Shown: positions 28,209 to 37,962 of the stretch, piece after piece
Numbering within the stretch: position 1 is the stretch's first letter
Layout of the letters: each line of letters opens with the position of its first letter
Assembly: GCA_015063525.1 (NCBI GenBank)
Contig: SVTZ01000003.1
Span: forward strand, 1 to 46,154
Source of the DNA: Oscillospiraceae bacterium
Lineage (GTDB): Bacteria > Bacillota > Clostridia > Oscillospirales > CAG-272
DNA: 46,154 nucleotides
Direction: 5' to 3'
The notes under the pieces: model-generated
Seen by the model: the letters and a program-made list of their open reading frames with translations, nothing else
Told to the model about the DNA's origin: nothing
Databases searched by the model: none
Position numbers and translations under genes: made by a program

Positions 28209-29717
28209 TTATGTCTCCGGCTTCATAGTGGGGAAGAGCAATACGTCTCTGATAGAAGCCGAGTCGGTAAGAAGCATTACAAGTCTGTCAACGCCGAATC
28301 CAAGTCCGCCTGTGGGAGGCATACCGTACTCAAGGGCGGTAACGTAATCGTAGTCAACCTCTGCGGGTGAGTCGGGATCCTCTGCCTTCTTCTTGGCAAC
28401 CTGGTTTTCGAATCTCTCGCGCTGGTCGATGGGGTCGTTAAGCTCGGAGAAGGCGTTGCCGTACTCGGTGCAGTTGATAAAGTATTCAAAACGCTCGGTG
28501 AAAGCGGGATCAGTAGGCTTTCTCTTTGCAAGAGGAGAATTCTCAACGGGGTAGTCGTATATAAAGGTAGGCTGGATCAGCTTATCCTCAACGAATGCGT
28601 CGAAGAACTCAACCAGAACGGTACCCTTTGTAGCATCGGCAGGAACCTCAACGTGATGCTTCTTTGCATCAGCTCTTGCATCCTCGTCGCTCTGCCAAGC
28701 GTGGTAGTCAACGCCTGCATACTTCTTAACCGCGTCAACCATGGTAAGTCTTTCCCAGTTGCCGAGGTCTATTTCAATGCCCTGATAGGTGATCTTGGTG
28801 TCTCCGCAGATCTCCTTTGCGAGCAGCTTGTAAAGCTCCTCAACTAGATCCATCATGCCGTAATAATCGGTGAATGCCTCGTAAAGCTCGATGGTGGTGA
28901 ACTCGGGATTGTGCTTGGGGTCCATACCCTCATTTCTGAAGATACGGCCAACCTCGTAAACCTTGTGCATACCGCCGACAATAAGACGCTTTAAGTAGAG
29001 CTCGGTCTCAATACGGAGGTACATAGGAATGTCAAGGGTATTGTGATGTGTCTTGAATGAACGGGCAGATGCGCCGATCTCAATTGGAAGCAAAATCGGT
29101 GTGTCTACCTCAAGGTATCCCTTAGAGTCAAGGTAGCTTCTGATAAGAGAGAGGATCCTTGATCTCTTAACGAAGGTGTCCTTAACCTCGGGATTTACGA
29201 TAAGGTCAACGTATCTCTGTCTGTATCTCTGCTCAAGATTTGTAAGACCGTGGAACTTCTCGGGAAGGGGAAGGAGCGACTTTGCAAGAAGGGTGATGCC
29301 GGTAGCATGAACCGAGATCTCGCCGGTTCTGGTGCGGAAGAGGTGGCCTTCAACGCCGATAATATCGCCAACATCCCACTTCTTGAATGCTGCGTAAACC
29401 TCTTCGCCTACACCGTCTCGTGCAATGTAAAGCTGGATCTTGCCCTTTCCGTCAAGCATATGAGCGAAGGATGCTTTACCCATAATTCTGCGGCTGACAA
29501 GACGTCCTGCAAGGCGTACGTTTATAGTCTCGCCTTCGGCAAGAGAAGCCTCGCGCTCCTCGTAAAGAGCGATAGCATCGGGTGCTTCGTGGGTGGTTTC
29601 ATACTTTGTTATCTCAAAGGGATTGTTACCCGACTCGTAAAGTGAATTGAGCTTTTCGCGGCGTACCGCAAGCTCGCTTGTGCTGTTCGGGGCCTGGTTT
29701 ATATTTTCGTTTGCCAT
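28209..29717 (-). CDS. lysS: Lysine--tRNA ligase, class II
   Basis: MGKASF, LPEKFHGL, YRQRYVDL, FRNEG, HNPEFT, YGMPPTGG, VLLFPTMK. Confidence 0.98.
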   Translation of the reverse strand: MANENINQAPNSTSELAVRREKLNSLYESGNNPFEITKYETTHEAPDAIALYEEREASLAEGETINVRLAGRLVSRRIMGKASFAHMLDGKGKIQLYIARDGVGEEVYAAFKKWDVGDIIGVEGHLFRTRTGEISVHATGITLLAKSLLPLPEKFHGLTNLEQRYRQRYVDLIVNPEVKDTFVKRSRILSLIRSYLDSKGYLEVDTPILLPIEIGASARSFKTHHNTLDIPMYLRIETELYLKRLIVGGMHKVYEVGRIFRNEGMDPKHNPEFTTIELYEAFTDYYGMMDLVEELYKLLAKEICGDTKITYQGIEIDLGNWERLTMVDAVKKYAGVDYHAWQSDEDARADAKKHHVEVPADATKGTVLVEFFDAFVEDKLIQPTFIYDYPVENSPLAKRKPTDPAFTERFEYFINCTEYGNAFSELNDPIDQRERFENQVAKKKAEDPDSPAEVDYDYVTALEYGMPPTGGLGFGVDRLVMLLTDSASIRDVLLFPTMKPET

Positions 29718-29741
29718 TTTTACGTCCTTTCTGAAAAGAAT

Positions 29742-30224
29742 TTACGCTTCCCTTGCTCTGGTTACGCTGAGTACCTTAAGATGCTGTTCTCTCGCACCTG
29801 CTACAACGACCTCGTCTCCGGCTCTTGCGCCGAGAAGGGCGATGCCTACGGGAGATGAGTCGGAGATCTTGCCGTTCTTGGGATCGGTCTCGTAAGAGCC
29901 AACGATGTGGTAGGTTATCTCCTTATCTCTTTCAACGTTGTAAAGCACAACGATAGAGCCTACGCTGATTGCTTTTTCATCTATCTGTGACTCGTCAACG
30001 ATCTTTGCGTGAGCGATCATCTCGCGAAGCTCGTCGATGCGGGCGTGGATCTTGCCCTGCTCCTGCTTTGCCTCATCGTACTCCGAGTTTTCGGAAAGGT
30101 CGCCGAATGCACGGGCGGTGGAGATCTCCTTCTTGTTTTCCTCAACGCGTACGTTTACGAGGTAATCGAGCTCGTCTTGCAGAGCCTTAAAGCCTGCTTG
30201 AGTGTAAGTCTTCTGTTCTGACAT
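29742..30224 (-). CDS. greA: Transcription elongation factor GreA
   Basis: ARAFGDLSENSEY, ISDSSPVG; upstream of lysS. Alternative TTG start at 30230. Confidence 0.95.
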   Translation of the reverse strand: MSEQKTYTQAGFKALQDELDYLVNVRVEENKKEISTARAFGDLSENSEYDEAKQEQGKIHARIDELREMIAHAKIVDESQIDEKAISVGSIVVLYNVERDKEITYHIVGSYETDPKNGKISDSSPVGIALLGARAGDEVVVAGAREQHLKVLSVTRAREA

Positions 30225-30273
30225 TTTCAAATGTTCTCCTAAAATTCTGTATATTTATGTGATTTTATAAGCC

Positions 30274-31644
30274 TTAGTTAGCATTTATCAGCTCTATCAT
30301 CTCATCAAAGGCAACTTTGAGCTGAATATCGTCGTTATCGGTGTTCTCAACCGTGATGTCGGGAATAACACCCTTGCCGTGGTAATTCTCTCCGCACGGG
30401 GGATTGTAGTAAGCAACGGTCATAGTGACGGTGGATTCGTCAAAATAATAATAGGTGTTCTGCATAATGCCCTTTTTATAGGTCGTAGTACCTACTATAG
30501 TAGCGTCAAGCAGGCCGTCGTTTCGGTAATCGCGAAGTGCGGCAGTAAAAATTTCTCCCGCAGAAGCGGTATATTGGTTACAGATAACAACGAAGGGAAG
30601 GTCGACAACATGGTCGCCGTCGTCGCTGTCGTTGGAGCTTTTAAGCTCGATCATCTCGCGCCCCTTGTATTGATAGGTCACGATTGTGTGTCCATTAGGG
30701 ATAAGGTAGGAAATAACGTCGCAAACGCTGTCAAGATAACCTCCTGGGTTTCCGCGGAGATCGAATACGATGCCTTTGGCTTCCGCTGCTTCTATGGCTT
30801 CGATCGCGTCAACAAACTGTGAATAGGTATTTTTCTTGAACTGTACGATCTGAACATAGCCGATGTCGGTATCGGTGTCGATCTCGTAGGCGACGTTGAT
30901 CTCCTCAACCTCGGCGCGAATAGCGGTAACGGTCACGTATTCGCCGTTGCGTATCAATGTAAGCTCGACCGGAGTGCCTATCTCTCCTCTGACGTGATTG
31001 ACGGCGTTATTGTAGCCAAGCTCGTTTACCGTTTTACCATCAACAGCGTAGATATAGTCACCGACCTTTACCCCTGCCTTCTCTGCGGGAGAGTCAAGGT
31101 AAACGGTGTTTATCATTATACTTTCCTCGTCGTCGTTATACTCGACCATAACGCCGATGCCTCCGAATTTACCACTCATATCGGTCATATATTCATCGGT
31201 CTCTACCGGAGGACGGTAGGCCGAATAGGGGTCGTCAAGAGCTGAAACGTAGCAGTAGAGAAGCGCGTCGGTAACCTTGGTCTTGTTGTCAAGATCCAGG
31301 GCGTCGTAGTAATATTCGAGGAACAGATCTGCGGTCTCCTTTGCGTGGGAGAGGGTTTCGGGCATTCCGTCCGAGTAATTGTATAGTTGATTAAAGTGGG
31401 CTTCAAAGTATTTGAACTTTATAGTATCGAAAATAGGCATGCCCCAGTCACGAAGATACTCGCTGACGTAGTTGTGGCTTGAGGTGCCGTCGGAGGTTGA
31501 CTGATTGATGTTGCTGCTTATCTCGTCCTTATTGCCTGCAACGTAAGAAAACAGATCGCAGGAGGTAATGGATGAGAGAATAAGTGAAAGTGTAATCAAC
31601 AAAAGTATCAGTCTGCCGCCTGCTTTTTTTAGGGAATTATACAT
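30274..31644 (-). CDS. S41 C-terminal processing peptidase with PDZ domain, probable lipoprotein
   Basis: LDDPYS, FGGIG, DLRGNPGG, TASAGEI, GVIPD; ITSC lipobox-like motif. Confidence 0.92.
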   Translation of the reverse strand: MYNSLKKAGGRLILLLITLSLILSSITSCDLFSYVAGNKDEISSNINQSTSDGTSSHNYVSEYLRDWGMPIFDTIKFKYFEAHFNQLYNYSDGMPETLSHAKETADLFLEYYYDALDLDNKTKVTDALLYCYVSALDDPYSAYRPPVETDEYMTDMSGKFGGIGVMVEYNDDEESIMINTVYLDSPAEKAGVKVGDYIYAVDGKTVNELGYNNAVNHVRGEIGTPVELTLIRNGEYVTVTAIRAEVEEINVAYEIDTDTDIGYVQIVQFKKNTYSQFVDAIEAIEAAEAKGIVFDLRGNPGGYLDSVCDVISYLIPNGHTIVTYQYKGREMIELKSSNDSDDGDHVVDLPFVVICNQYTASAGEIFTAALRDYRNDGLLDATIVGTTTYKKGIMQNTYYYFDESTVTMTVAYYNPPCGENYHGKGVIPDITVENTDNDDIQLKVAFDEMIELINAN

Positions 31645-31778
31645 TAATTTTTGACCTCAACGTATGGATTTACATATTTCGGGGTTGTCTGCACCAAGCG
31701 GTGCGGCAACCCCAGAAGCTATTGTTTATATTTTTTCACGTCTGCCCGAAATAATTCTTGTCGGGTATCAAAAGGTCA

Positions 31779-32864
31779 TTAATATTTTGTAGGCTTGTTA
31801 GAGAGATACTTCTTAACCATAAGAGCAACCTTGAAGGTTACAGCGTGATCGAATTCGCGAAGGTCGAGACCGGAGAGCTTTCTGATCTTCTCAAGTCTGT
31901 ATACGAGGGTGTTACGGTGTACAAACAGCTTTCTCGAGGTCTCGGAGACATTAAGATTGTTCTCAAAGAAGCTTTGTACGGTCATAAGAGTTTCGCGGTC
32001 GAGCGACTCAAGGGAGCCCTTCTTGAATACCTCGGAGAGGAACATCTCGCAAAGAGTGGTGGGAAGCTGATAAATAAGTCTGCCGATGCCGAGATTTTCG
32101 TAAGAAATAACGGGCTTCTCAATATCAAACACCTTACCTACCTCAAACGCAATTCTCGCTTCCTTATAAGCTCTGGCAAGGTCCTTGAGATTATCAACTA
32201 TGGAGGAAATGCCGATAAGCGCCTTAAGGCCGTGCTTTGCGGCAAGGGTGTCAATAATCGAGCGCGCGTAGCTCTCCATATCCTTGCTGTCTGTGTCCGA
32301 GGCAACCTCTCTTACGATTACAACGTCCTGCTCGCTGATATTGATGACGTAATCCTTATCGCTGCTGCCGATTATCTCCTGAATCAGCTCGTAGGGAGGA
32401 ATTCCGGAGACGGACTGGAATTTTATAACGAAAACAATGCGATGCTCGTCGTTAGAGAAGTGGAGCTCATTAGATTTTATGTATATATCGCTGGGCAATA
32501 TGTTATCAAGAAGAATACTCTTGATAAACGAACCCTTGTCATACTTCTCATCGTAAAGGCTCTTCATATTTCCGAGGAAGATGGCGAGAAGCTCGGCCAT
32601 GCTGCCGGCGTGTGAATCGCCGCCCTCAACGAAGCAGATGCAATCGTTCTTTTCGGATGCATTGATGTATCGGTAGGTATAGCCCTCGTAGATAACGGCG
32701 TCGGCGGAGTATGAGAGCTCCTCCCTGATTCTCTGCTTGGATTCTCCGATCTTGGAAAGCTCGCTGCATGCGATAATTATTCCGTTCTCGTCGATAATAC
32801 CAATGGTACGGCCGATAACGTCCTTCATCTGATGAAGCACGGTCTGGTACAAACGGTTAGACAT
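31779..32864 (-). CDS. CdaR/PucR-family transcriptional regulator
   Basis: C-terminal NLNVSETSRKLFVHRNTLVYRLEKI HTH; N-terminal sensor GIIDENGIIIA. Confidence 0.9.
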   Translation of the reverse strand: MSNRLYQTVLHQMKDVIGRTIGIIDENGIIIACSELSKIGESKQRIREELSYSADAVIYEGYTYRYINASEKNDCICFVEGGDSHAGSMAELLAIFLGNMKSLYDEKYDKGSFIKSILLDNILPSDIYIKSNELHFSNDEHRIVFVIKFQSVSGIPPYELIQEIIGSSDKDYVINISEQDVVIVREVASDTDSKDMESYARSIIDTLAAKHGLKALIGISSIVDNLKDLARAYKEARIAFEVGKVFDIEKPVISYENLGIGRLIYQLPTTLCEMFLSEVFKKGSLESLDRETLMTVQSFFENNLNVSETSRKLFVHRNTLVYRLEKIRKLSGLDLREFDHAVTFKVALMVKKYLSNKPTKY

Positions 32865-33084
32865 ATTTTAGCGGTCCTTTCTTTTATGAAACGTTCGTCT
32901 TGTGCTTTTTAAACAAAAAATACCCCGAAAGACTTTTTGGGATAAGCTTCTGCAGGTAGTTTTTGTGTATACTGTACTATATTCTAACTCATTTTTGGAT
33001 AATTTTCAATAGTTTTTTGAAAAAAAATGAAAAAATCAACAAAAAAAGCTTATTTTCTTTGTAAGAAATCACGATGGGGGTAGT

Positions 33085-33822
33085 TTACCTCAGTTCGTAC
33101 TCATAAGAAATGGCCGCAAGAGCGTAAAGCGGTGCTGTCTCGCAACGCAATATGCGGTTGCCGAGGGACACAGAAATACAGCCCTTTTCTATGGCCAACG
33201 CTACTTCCTCGGGAGAAAAACCGCCCTCAGCGCCGACTATTACAGATATACTCTCCGGCAGACTTCTCCCTGACAGCGCACCCTTGACGGTAAGACCGTC
33301 CTCGTTTTCATAGCAAAGGAGAGAGAGGGAGGCTAAAGCCGCTTCGTCAAGCATCTGTTTATAGGACATAGGCTGGGTAACAAAGGGAATGACGGCTCTG
33401 CCGCACTGTTTTGCCGCCTCCTCGGCTATCCTTTCAAGACGCGCGGTTTGCTTTTCAGCCTTCTCGGCCTTAGGACGCTTTATGCATCTTGACGACTCGA
33501 AGGGAATAATGCGGCTTGCGCCAAGCTCCACAGCCTTCTGAATTACTGTCTCAAGCTTATCTCCCTTTGGGTAGGCCATACAGAGCGTAATGCTGACGGG
33601 AGCTTCAGCGGAGGATACGGTTTCCTCTATAATGCTTGCAATGCATTCCTCGTCGCGGATACGGCTGAGGGTACAGCGGTATTCCTTGCCAAGTCTGTCG
33701 CAGACCGTAATCTCGTCGCCCTCTGCCATTCTCAGTGATCGTGCGATATGATGGGCATCTGCATCGGTTATATGTATGATATTTTCTTCGATCCTGTCCT
33801 TGGTAACAAAAAATCTCGGCAT
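33085..33822 (-). CDS. rsmE: 16S rRNA m3U1498 methyltransferase
   Basis: HHIARSLR, QKAVELG, EAAKQCGR, GAEGGF, RILRCETA. Confidence 0.96.
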   Translation of the reverse strand: MPRFFVTKDRIEENIIHITDADAHHIARSLRMAEGDEITVCDRLGKEYRCTLSRIRDEECIASIIEETVSSAEAPVSITLCMAYPKGDKLETVIQKAVELGASRIIPFESSRCIKRPKAEKAEKQTARLERIAEEAAKQCGRAVIPFVTQPMSYKQMLDEAALASLSLLCYENEDGLTVKGALSGRSLPESISVIVGAEGGFSPEEVALAIEKGCISVSLGNRILRCETAPLYALAAISYEYELR

Positions 33823-33854
33823 AATAAGCCATTCCTTTCGGATATCTAAGGCGG

Positions 33855-34769
33855 TTATACTCTTACGAGCATACCTACCCAGTCGTTTTCATTTATCTCT
33901 TTCTCAACGTTAAAGCCGTTTTTGGTAACGGCGGCACGAACCTCCTCGGCGCGATCACCGATAATTCCCGATAAAATCAGGGGAGAGCCTGCCTTAAGAT
34001 AGCTCTTTATGTCGGGAAGCATTCTGATTATAATATCTGCAACTATGTTTGCAACGCAGAAATCGTACTTTCCTCCCGACAGATCAACTCCGCGCAGAAG
34101 GTCGGAAACTCCGACGGTAATATTGGTACAGCCGTCAGCCTCGGCATTTTCTCTTGCCACCTTTACGGCAACGGGGTCGATATCGTATGCGTTGCAGGAC
34201 TTTGCGCCAAGCTTCGATGCGCAGATCGAGAGTATGCCCGAGCCGGTTCCAACGTCAAGAAGCCTCTCCCCGCCGCGAAGCTCGTCCTGCATAAGACGGA
34301 TAACAAGTCGGGTGGTCTCGTGAGTTCCGGTGCCGAAGGCCATTCCGGGATCCATTCTGATGATAACCTCGCCGTCCTTTGCCTCGTATTTTTCCCAAGC
34401 GGGCACTATGGTTACCTTACCGAGAGGTACGGGCTTGTAATATTGCTTCCAGCTTTCCGCCCAGTCGTCCTCGTTCATTCCTTCAAGGCTGATATCGCCC
34501 TTAACGCCCAGCGCGGGCAGTCTTGTTTCAAGGAATTCCTTGTATTCCAGAGGATTTCTCTCCTCAGGAACGAAAAGCGAAACCTTAACTGTTTCGCGGT
34601 CGGCGTTGAGAATAGATTCGTCAACCAGCTCGCCGTACATTCCGTTAAGCGAAAAGTCGCTGTAGTCCTCTATCATAAGTCCGTTATCAAGCATGCTCAT
34701 TACCGCTACAATATCGTCAAGGTCCTTCACGTTGCCGGTAACGGTTATTTTAGTCCAAGATCCTGCCAT
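33855..34769 (-). CDS. prmA: Ribosomal protein L11 methyltransferase
   Basis: DWAESWK, DPGMAFGTGTHETT, DVGTGSGIL, ANIVA. Confidence 0.96.
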   Translation of the reverse strand: MAGSWTKITVTGNVKDLDDIVAVMSMLDNGLMIEDYSDFSLNGMYGELVDESILNADRETVKVSLFVPEERNPLEYKEFLETRLPALGVKGDISLEGMNEDDWAESWKQYYKPVPLGKVTIVPAWEKYEAKDGEVIIRMDPGMAFGTGTHETTRLVIRLMQDELRGGERLLDVGTGSGILSICASKLGAKSCNAYDIDPVAVKVARENAEADGCTNITVGVSDLLRGVDLSGGKYDFCVANIVADIIIRMLPDIKSYLKAGSPLILSGIIGDRAEEVRAAVTKNGFNVEKEINENDWVGMLVRV

Positions 34770-35686
34770 TTTATATCTCCATTTTCTTTAATTGCTGTGT
34801 CTTTGTCAATATTTATTTGCATTTTCAGCTCATCTACCGATAAAAATGCCTTTTCGTCTCTTAAAAAATCGAGAAGAAACACTTTAAGCTCTTTGTCGTA
34901 AAGGTCGCCCTCGTATCCGATGATGTGGGTCTCAAGATGCACCGCCCTCTCTTCAAAGGTGGGGCAAGAGCCGATGTTAGTCACTCCGGGGAATATACGT
35001 CCGTCAATGGGAACGGCCGATCGGTAAACACCTAGACGGGGAATTATCCGTCCCTTATCGATCTGAATGTTCACTGTAGGGAACCCTATATCCCGTCCTA
35101 TTCTTCTTCCGTGCAAAACTCTTCCTTTTATATAATAAGGAGAGCCGAGGATATCGTTTGCTTTTTTTATCTCACCTGAGAGAATAAGATCGCGTACAAG
35201 CGTTGCCGAAAGGGTTTCGCCGTCCTCGCCCTTGATCTCCCGGCGTATTACCGCCTCACCGCCGGTTTCTGTCATAAGCGATCGCAGTTCACTCTCTCCT
35301 GCCGCAGCGCCCTTGCCGAATCGGAAATTAAAGCCTGCAACGCAAACCCGGCAGTTAAGCTCACCAACAAGGATTTTTGTAACAAAATCCTCAGGGCTTT
35401 GACCGGATATAGACGGAAAATCAGCAAAAACCGTGAAATCGGCGCCCAGCTGATCAAAGATCTCGGCTTTTTCCTCGTCTCCGTAAAGGCGAACAGAGCT
35501 TCCCTTGATATTTCCGGACGCCCCAAAGGTGAAGATGCCTAATTTAATCTCTCGCTCATCCGCTATACGCCTTGCGGTTGATATAAGATCTCGGTGGGCG
35601 ATATGCACTCCGTCAAAGAAGCCGAGAGCCAGCACACATTCAGGTATATTTTGTTTTTTCTCGAAGGGATATTCGTAAATGACCAT
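34745..35686 (-). CDS. ribF: Bifunctional riboflavin kinase/FAD synthetase
   Basis: GFFDGVH, GFNFRFGKG, GFPTVN, ETHI, FLRDEKAF. Confidence 0.9.
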   Translation of the reverse strand: MVIYEYPFEKKQNIPECVLALGFFDGVHIAHRDLISTARRIADEREIKLGIFTFGASGNIKGSSVRLYGDEEKAEIFDQLGADFTVFADFPSISGQSPEDFVTKILVGELNCRVCVAGFNFRFGKGAAAGESELRSLMTETGGEAVIRREIKGEDGETLSATLVRDLILSGEIKKANDILGSPYYIKGRVLHGRRIGRDIGFPTVNIQIDKGRIIPRLGVYRSAVPIDGRIFPGVTNIGSCPTFEERAVHLETHIIGYEGDLYDKELKVFLLDFLRDEKAFLSVDELKMQINIDKDTAIKENGDIKWQDLGLK

Positions 35687-35703
35687 CAGCTTCTCCTTTC
35701 ATT

Positions 35704-37623
35704 TTACATTACTAATTCGTATAGGCCGAGCAGCTCTTCTTCGATCTCGCTCTTTCGCGTCTCAATCTCGGCAGCTCTTATATAATCGCTTGCTGCCTCG
35801 CCGAAAAGCTCCTCCTCAAGCGACTCAAGCTCTAATTCGAGCTCTGCGATTTTCTTTTCTGCTCTTTCTCGCGCCTTTTCTTCGCTCCTCGCCTTGGCTT
35901 TCTGACGTTTTTTCTCTTCGTAGTCTGCCTTTGCATCGGTAACTGACGCCTGCTTTTTCACGCTTGCAAGCATAAGATTTCTCGTTTCTCTTATGCGCAT
36001 ATACTCGGTGAAGGCGTCGTCGTAGCTTTCAAGAGGATAATCTATCATTCCGTTGTCTCTCTCGGGCGCAAGCTCGATAATTCTCGTCGCTATTCTGTTT
36101 ATAAAATATCTGTCGTGAGACACCGCCACTATCGTGCCGTCAAAGGCAAGCAGAGCGTTTTCAAGCGCCTCACAGGAGCCGATGTCAAGATGGTTCGTCG
36201 GCTCGTCCATTACCAGAAGATTTACCTTTTTAAGTATTAGCTTCGCCAGCGTCAGCCTTGCTCTCTCACCGCCCGAAAGTGTTGAAACCGACCGCTGTAT
36301 GTCGTCCGCATCAAATAGGAACAGTGCAAGGGTTGAGCGAAGCTCAAGATCGGTCTTGTCGGGATAAGCCTCGCGAAGCTCGCCAAACACCGTGTTCGTG
36401 TCGGTAAGACCTCGGTTTTCCTGGTCGTAATATCCGATCTTTACGTTATATCCAAGAGTAATTTTTCCTCCCGTAGGTACAAGAAGCGAGTTTATCAGCT
36501 TCATCAGCGTTGATTTTCCCGTTCCGTTTGCGCCGAGAAACATCACTCTCTCATATCTTCTTATTAGGAAGGAAAGATTTTTGATAAGCTTCCTTTCGCC
36601 GTAGGAAAAGCAAAGATCCTTTGCTTCCATAACGTTTCCTGCCGATTCCTCTTCAGTGGCAAAGCGCAGGCGTATGTTCTTCTCGTCCTTCGGCGCAAGC
36701 TCGACCTTTTCCATTCTCGCAAGCTGCTTTTCCTTTGCCCTTATGGTAACGTAGTTATGCTCCTGGTTGCATCTGCGCTGGAACTCGATATTCGCCTGAA
36801 TTCTGGCGATTTCCTTCTGCTGCTCTTTGTATCTTTTTTCAAGGGACGCAGCCTCGGCCTCGCTCTGCGCCTTGCACCTCGAGTAGCTGCCGTTATACAG
36901 CCTTGCCTTGCCGTATCGAAGCCAAAGGGTCTTGTTTGTCGTTCTGTCGAGGAAATAACGGTCGTGGGAAATTATGATAACAGTTTTTTTGTAATTTGCT
37001 AGGAAGGCTTCAAGCCACGCGAGGGCATCAATATCAAGATGGTTCGTTGGCTCGTCAAGCATAAGTATGTCCGGCTCGGTTGCCAGAAGTCTCGCAAGAG
37101 CGAGACGTGTGTATTGTCCTCCTGAAAGGGTTCTTATCTTCCTTGTTATAAGCTCCTCGTCAAAGCCGAGACGAAGCAGCATTCCTCGGCATCTGGATCT
37201 AAATTCAAGTCCTCCCTCCGACGCAAAGCGGTTGTTCTGCTCGTTGAGCCTTGCAGTCAGCGAAAGAATTTCGTCTCCCGAAGCATTAGCAAGAGCCGCT
37301 TCAGTCCGTTCGATCTCCCTTTCAAGAGAGAGAAGGGCGGGGTAGGCGGTGAACATATATTCAAGGCAGGTGACCTCTCCGGGAAGGGAGCTGAGATCGG
37401 CATTCTGCTCAAGAACGCCCACAGTGTGACCCTTTTGGATATATACCGCGCCCGAATCTGGAGAATACTGTCCGGTAATTATTTTAAAAAGCGATGTCTT
37501 GCCCGCGCCGTTGACGCCGATAACGCCAAGCCTGTCGCCGTCATTTATAGCAAAGGAAATATCCTTTAATATAACGTCTGTGCCAAAAGAGAGATTGATC
37601 TCCGAGGCTGATAAAGCTATCAT
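35704..37623 (-). CDS. ABC-F family ATPase
   Basis: Two NBDs (GVNGAGKT/LSGGQ/DEPTNHLD; GANGTGKST/LSGGE/DEPTNHLD), no TM helices, coiled-coil tail. Start uncertain (37623, 37656 or 37680). Confidence 0.92.
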   Translation of the reverse strand: MIALSASEINLSFGTDVILKDISFAINDGDRLGVIGVNGAGKTSLFKIITGQYSPDSGAVYIQKGHTVGVLEQNADLSSLPGEVTCLEYMFTAYPALLSLEREIERTEAALANASGDEILSLTARLNEQNNRFASEGGLEFRSRCRGMLLRLGFDEELITRKIRTLSGGQYTRLALARLLATEPDILMLDEPTNHLDIDALAWLEAFLANYKKTVIIISHDRYFLDRTTNKTLWLRYGKARLYNGSYSRCKAQSEAEAASLEKRYKEQQKEIARIQANIEFQRRCNQEHNYVTIRAKEKQLARMEKVELAPKDEKNIRLRFATEEESAGNVMEAKDLCFSYGERKLIKNLSFLIRRYERVMFLGANGTGKSTLMKLINSLLVPTGGKITLGYNVKIGYYDQENRGLTDTNTVFGELREAYPDKTDLELRSTLALFLFDADDIQRSVSTLSGGERARLTLAKLILKKVNLLVMDEPTNHLDIGSCEALENALLAFDGTIVAVSHDRYFINRIATRIIELAPERDNGMIDYPLESYDDAFTEYMRIRETRNLMLASVKKQASVTDAKADYEEKKRQKAKARSEEKARERAEKKIAELELELESLEEELFGEAASDYIRAAEIETRKSEIEEELLGLYELVM

Positions 37624-37770
37624 TATATTATAATAACCCGGTCGGGCTCCCTTCATAATTTTGTGACACTCACCACCCAAGATATAAACAATATATCAAA
37701 TCCTGAAAGGGCGCAAATCTTCACAATACTATTTTACCACAAGACAAAGAAAAAATCAATATGCGACCAA

Positions 37771-37874
37771 AATGAATAAATATGCAGAATAAAACCTGCG
37801 TATTCGCAGAAAAATATGGTAAAAAGGAAAAAATGTCGAATAAAAATACAAAAAATATTGAATTTTTTTGCAAA
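37771..37874 (+). promoter_or_regulatory. Three ArgR/AhrC (ARG box)-like sites
   Basis: 14-bp cores TGAATAAATATGCA (37773), CGAATAAAAATACA (37837) and TGAATTTTTTTGCA (37859) versus consensus TG(A/C)ATWWWWAT(T/G)CA. Confidence 0.5.
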
Positions 37875-37880
37875 AGCCTA

Positions 37881-37909
37881 TTGACAAATGCATTTTATGG
37901 GTGTATAAT
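37881..37909 (+). promoter_or_regulatory. Sigma-A promoter of the amino-acid ABC operon
   Basis: Perfect TTGACA-17 nt-TATAAT. Confidence 0.75.
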
Positions 37910-37962
37910 AGCCACGTCAAAACAAATCGGGCACAGCCCATAACAGAAAGAAGGACAAAACA

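Noticed and set aside
28053-28370. 105-aa + strand ORF spanning the lysS tail duplication
   Set aside because: No RBS or motifs; it overlaps lysS antisense and a structured non-coding spacer.
31758-32615. 285-aa + strand ORF opposite the CdaR-family regulator
   Set aside because: Antisense shadow with no domain features.
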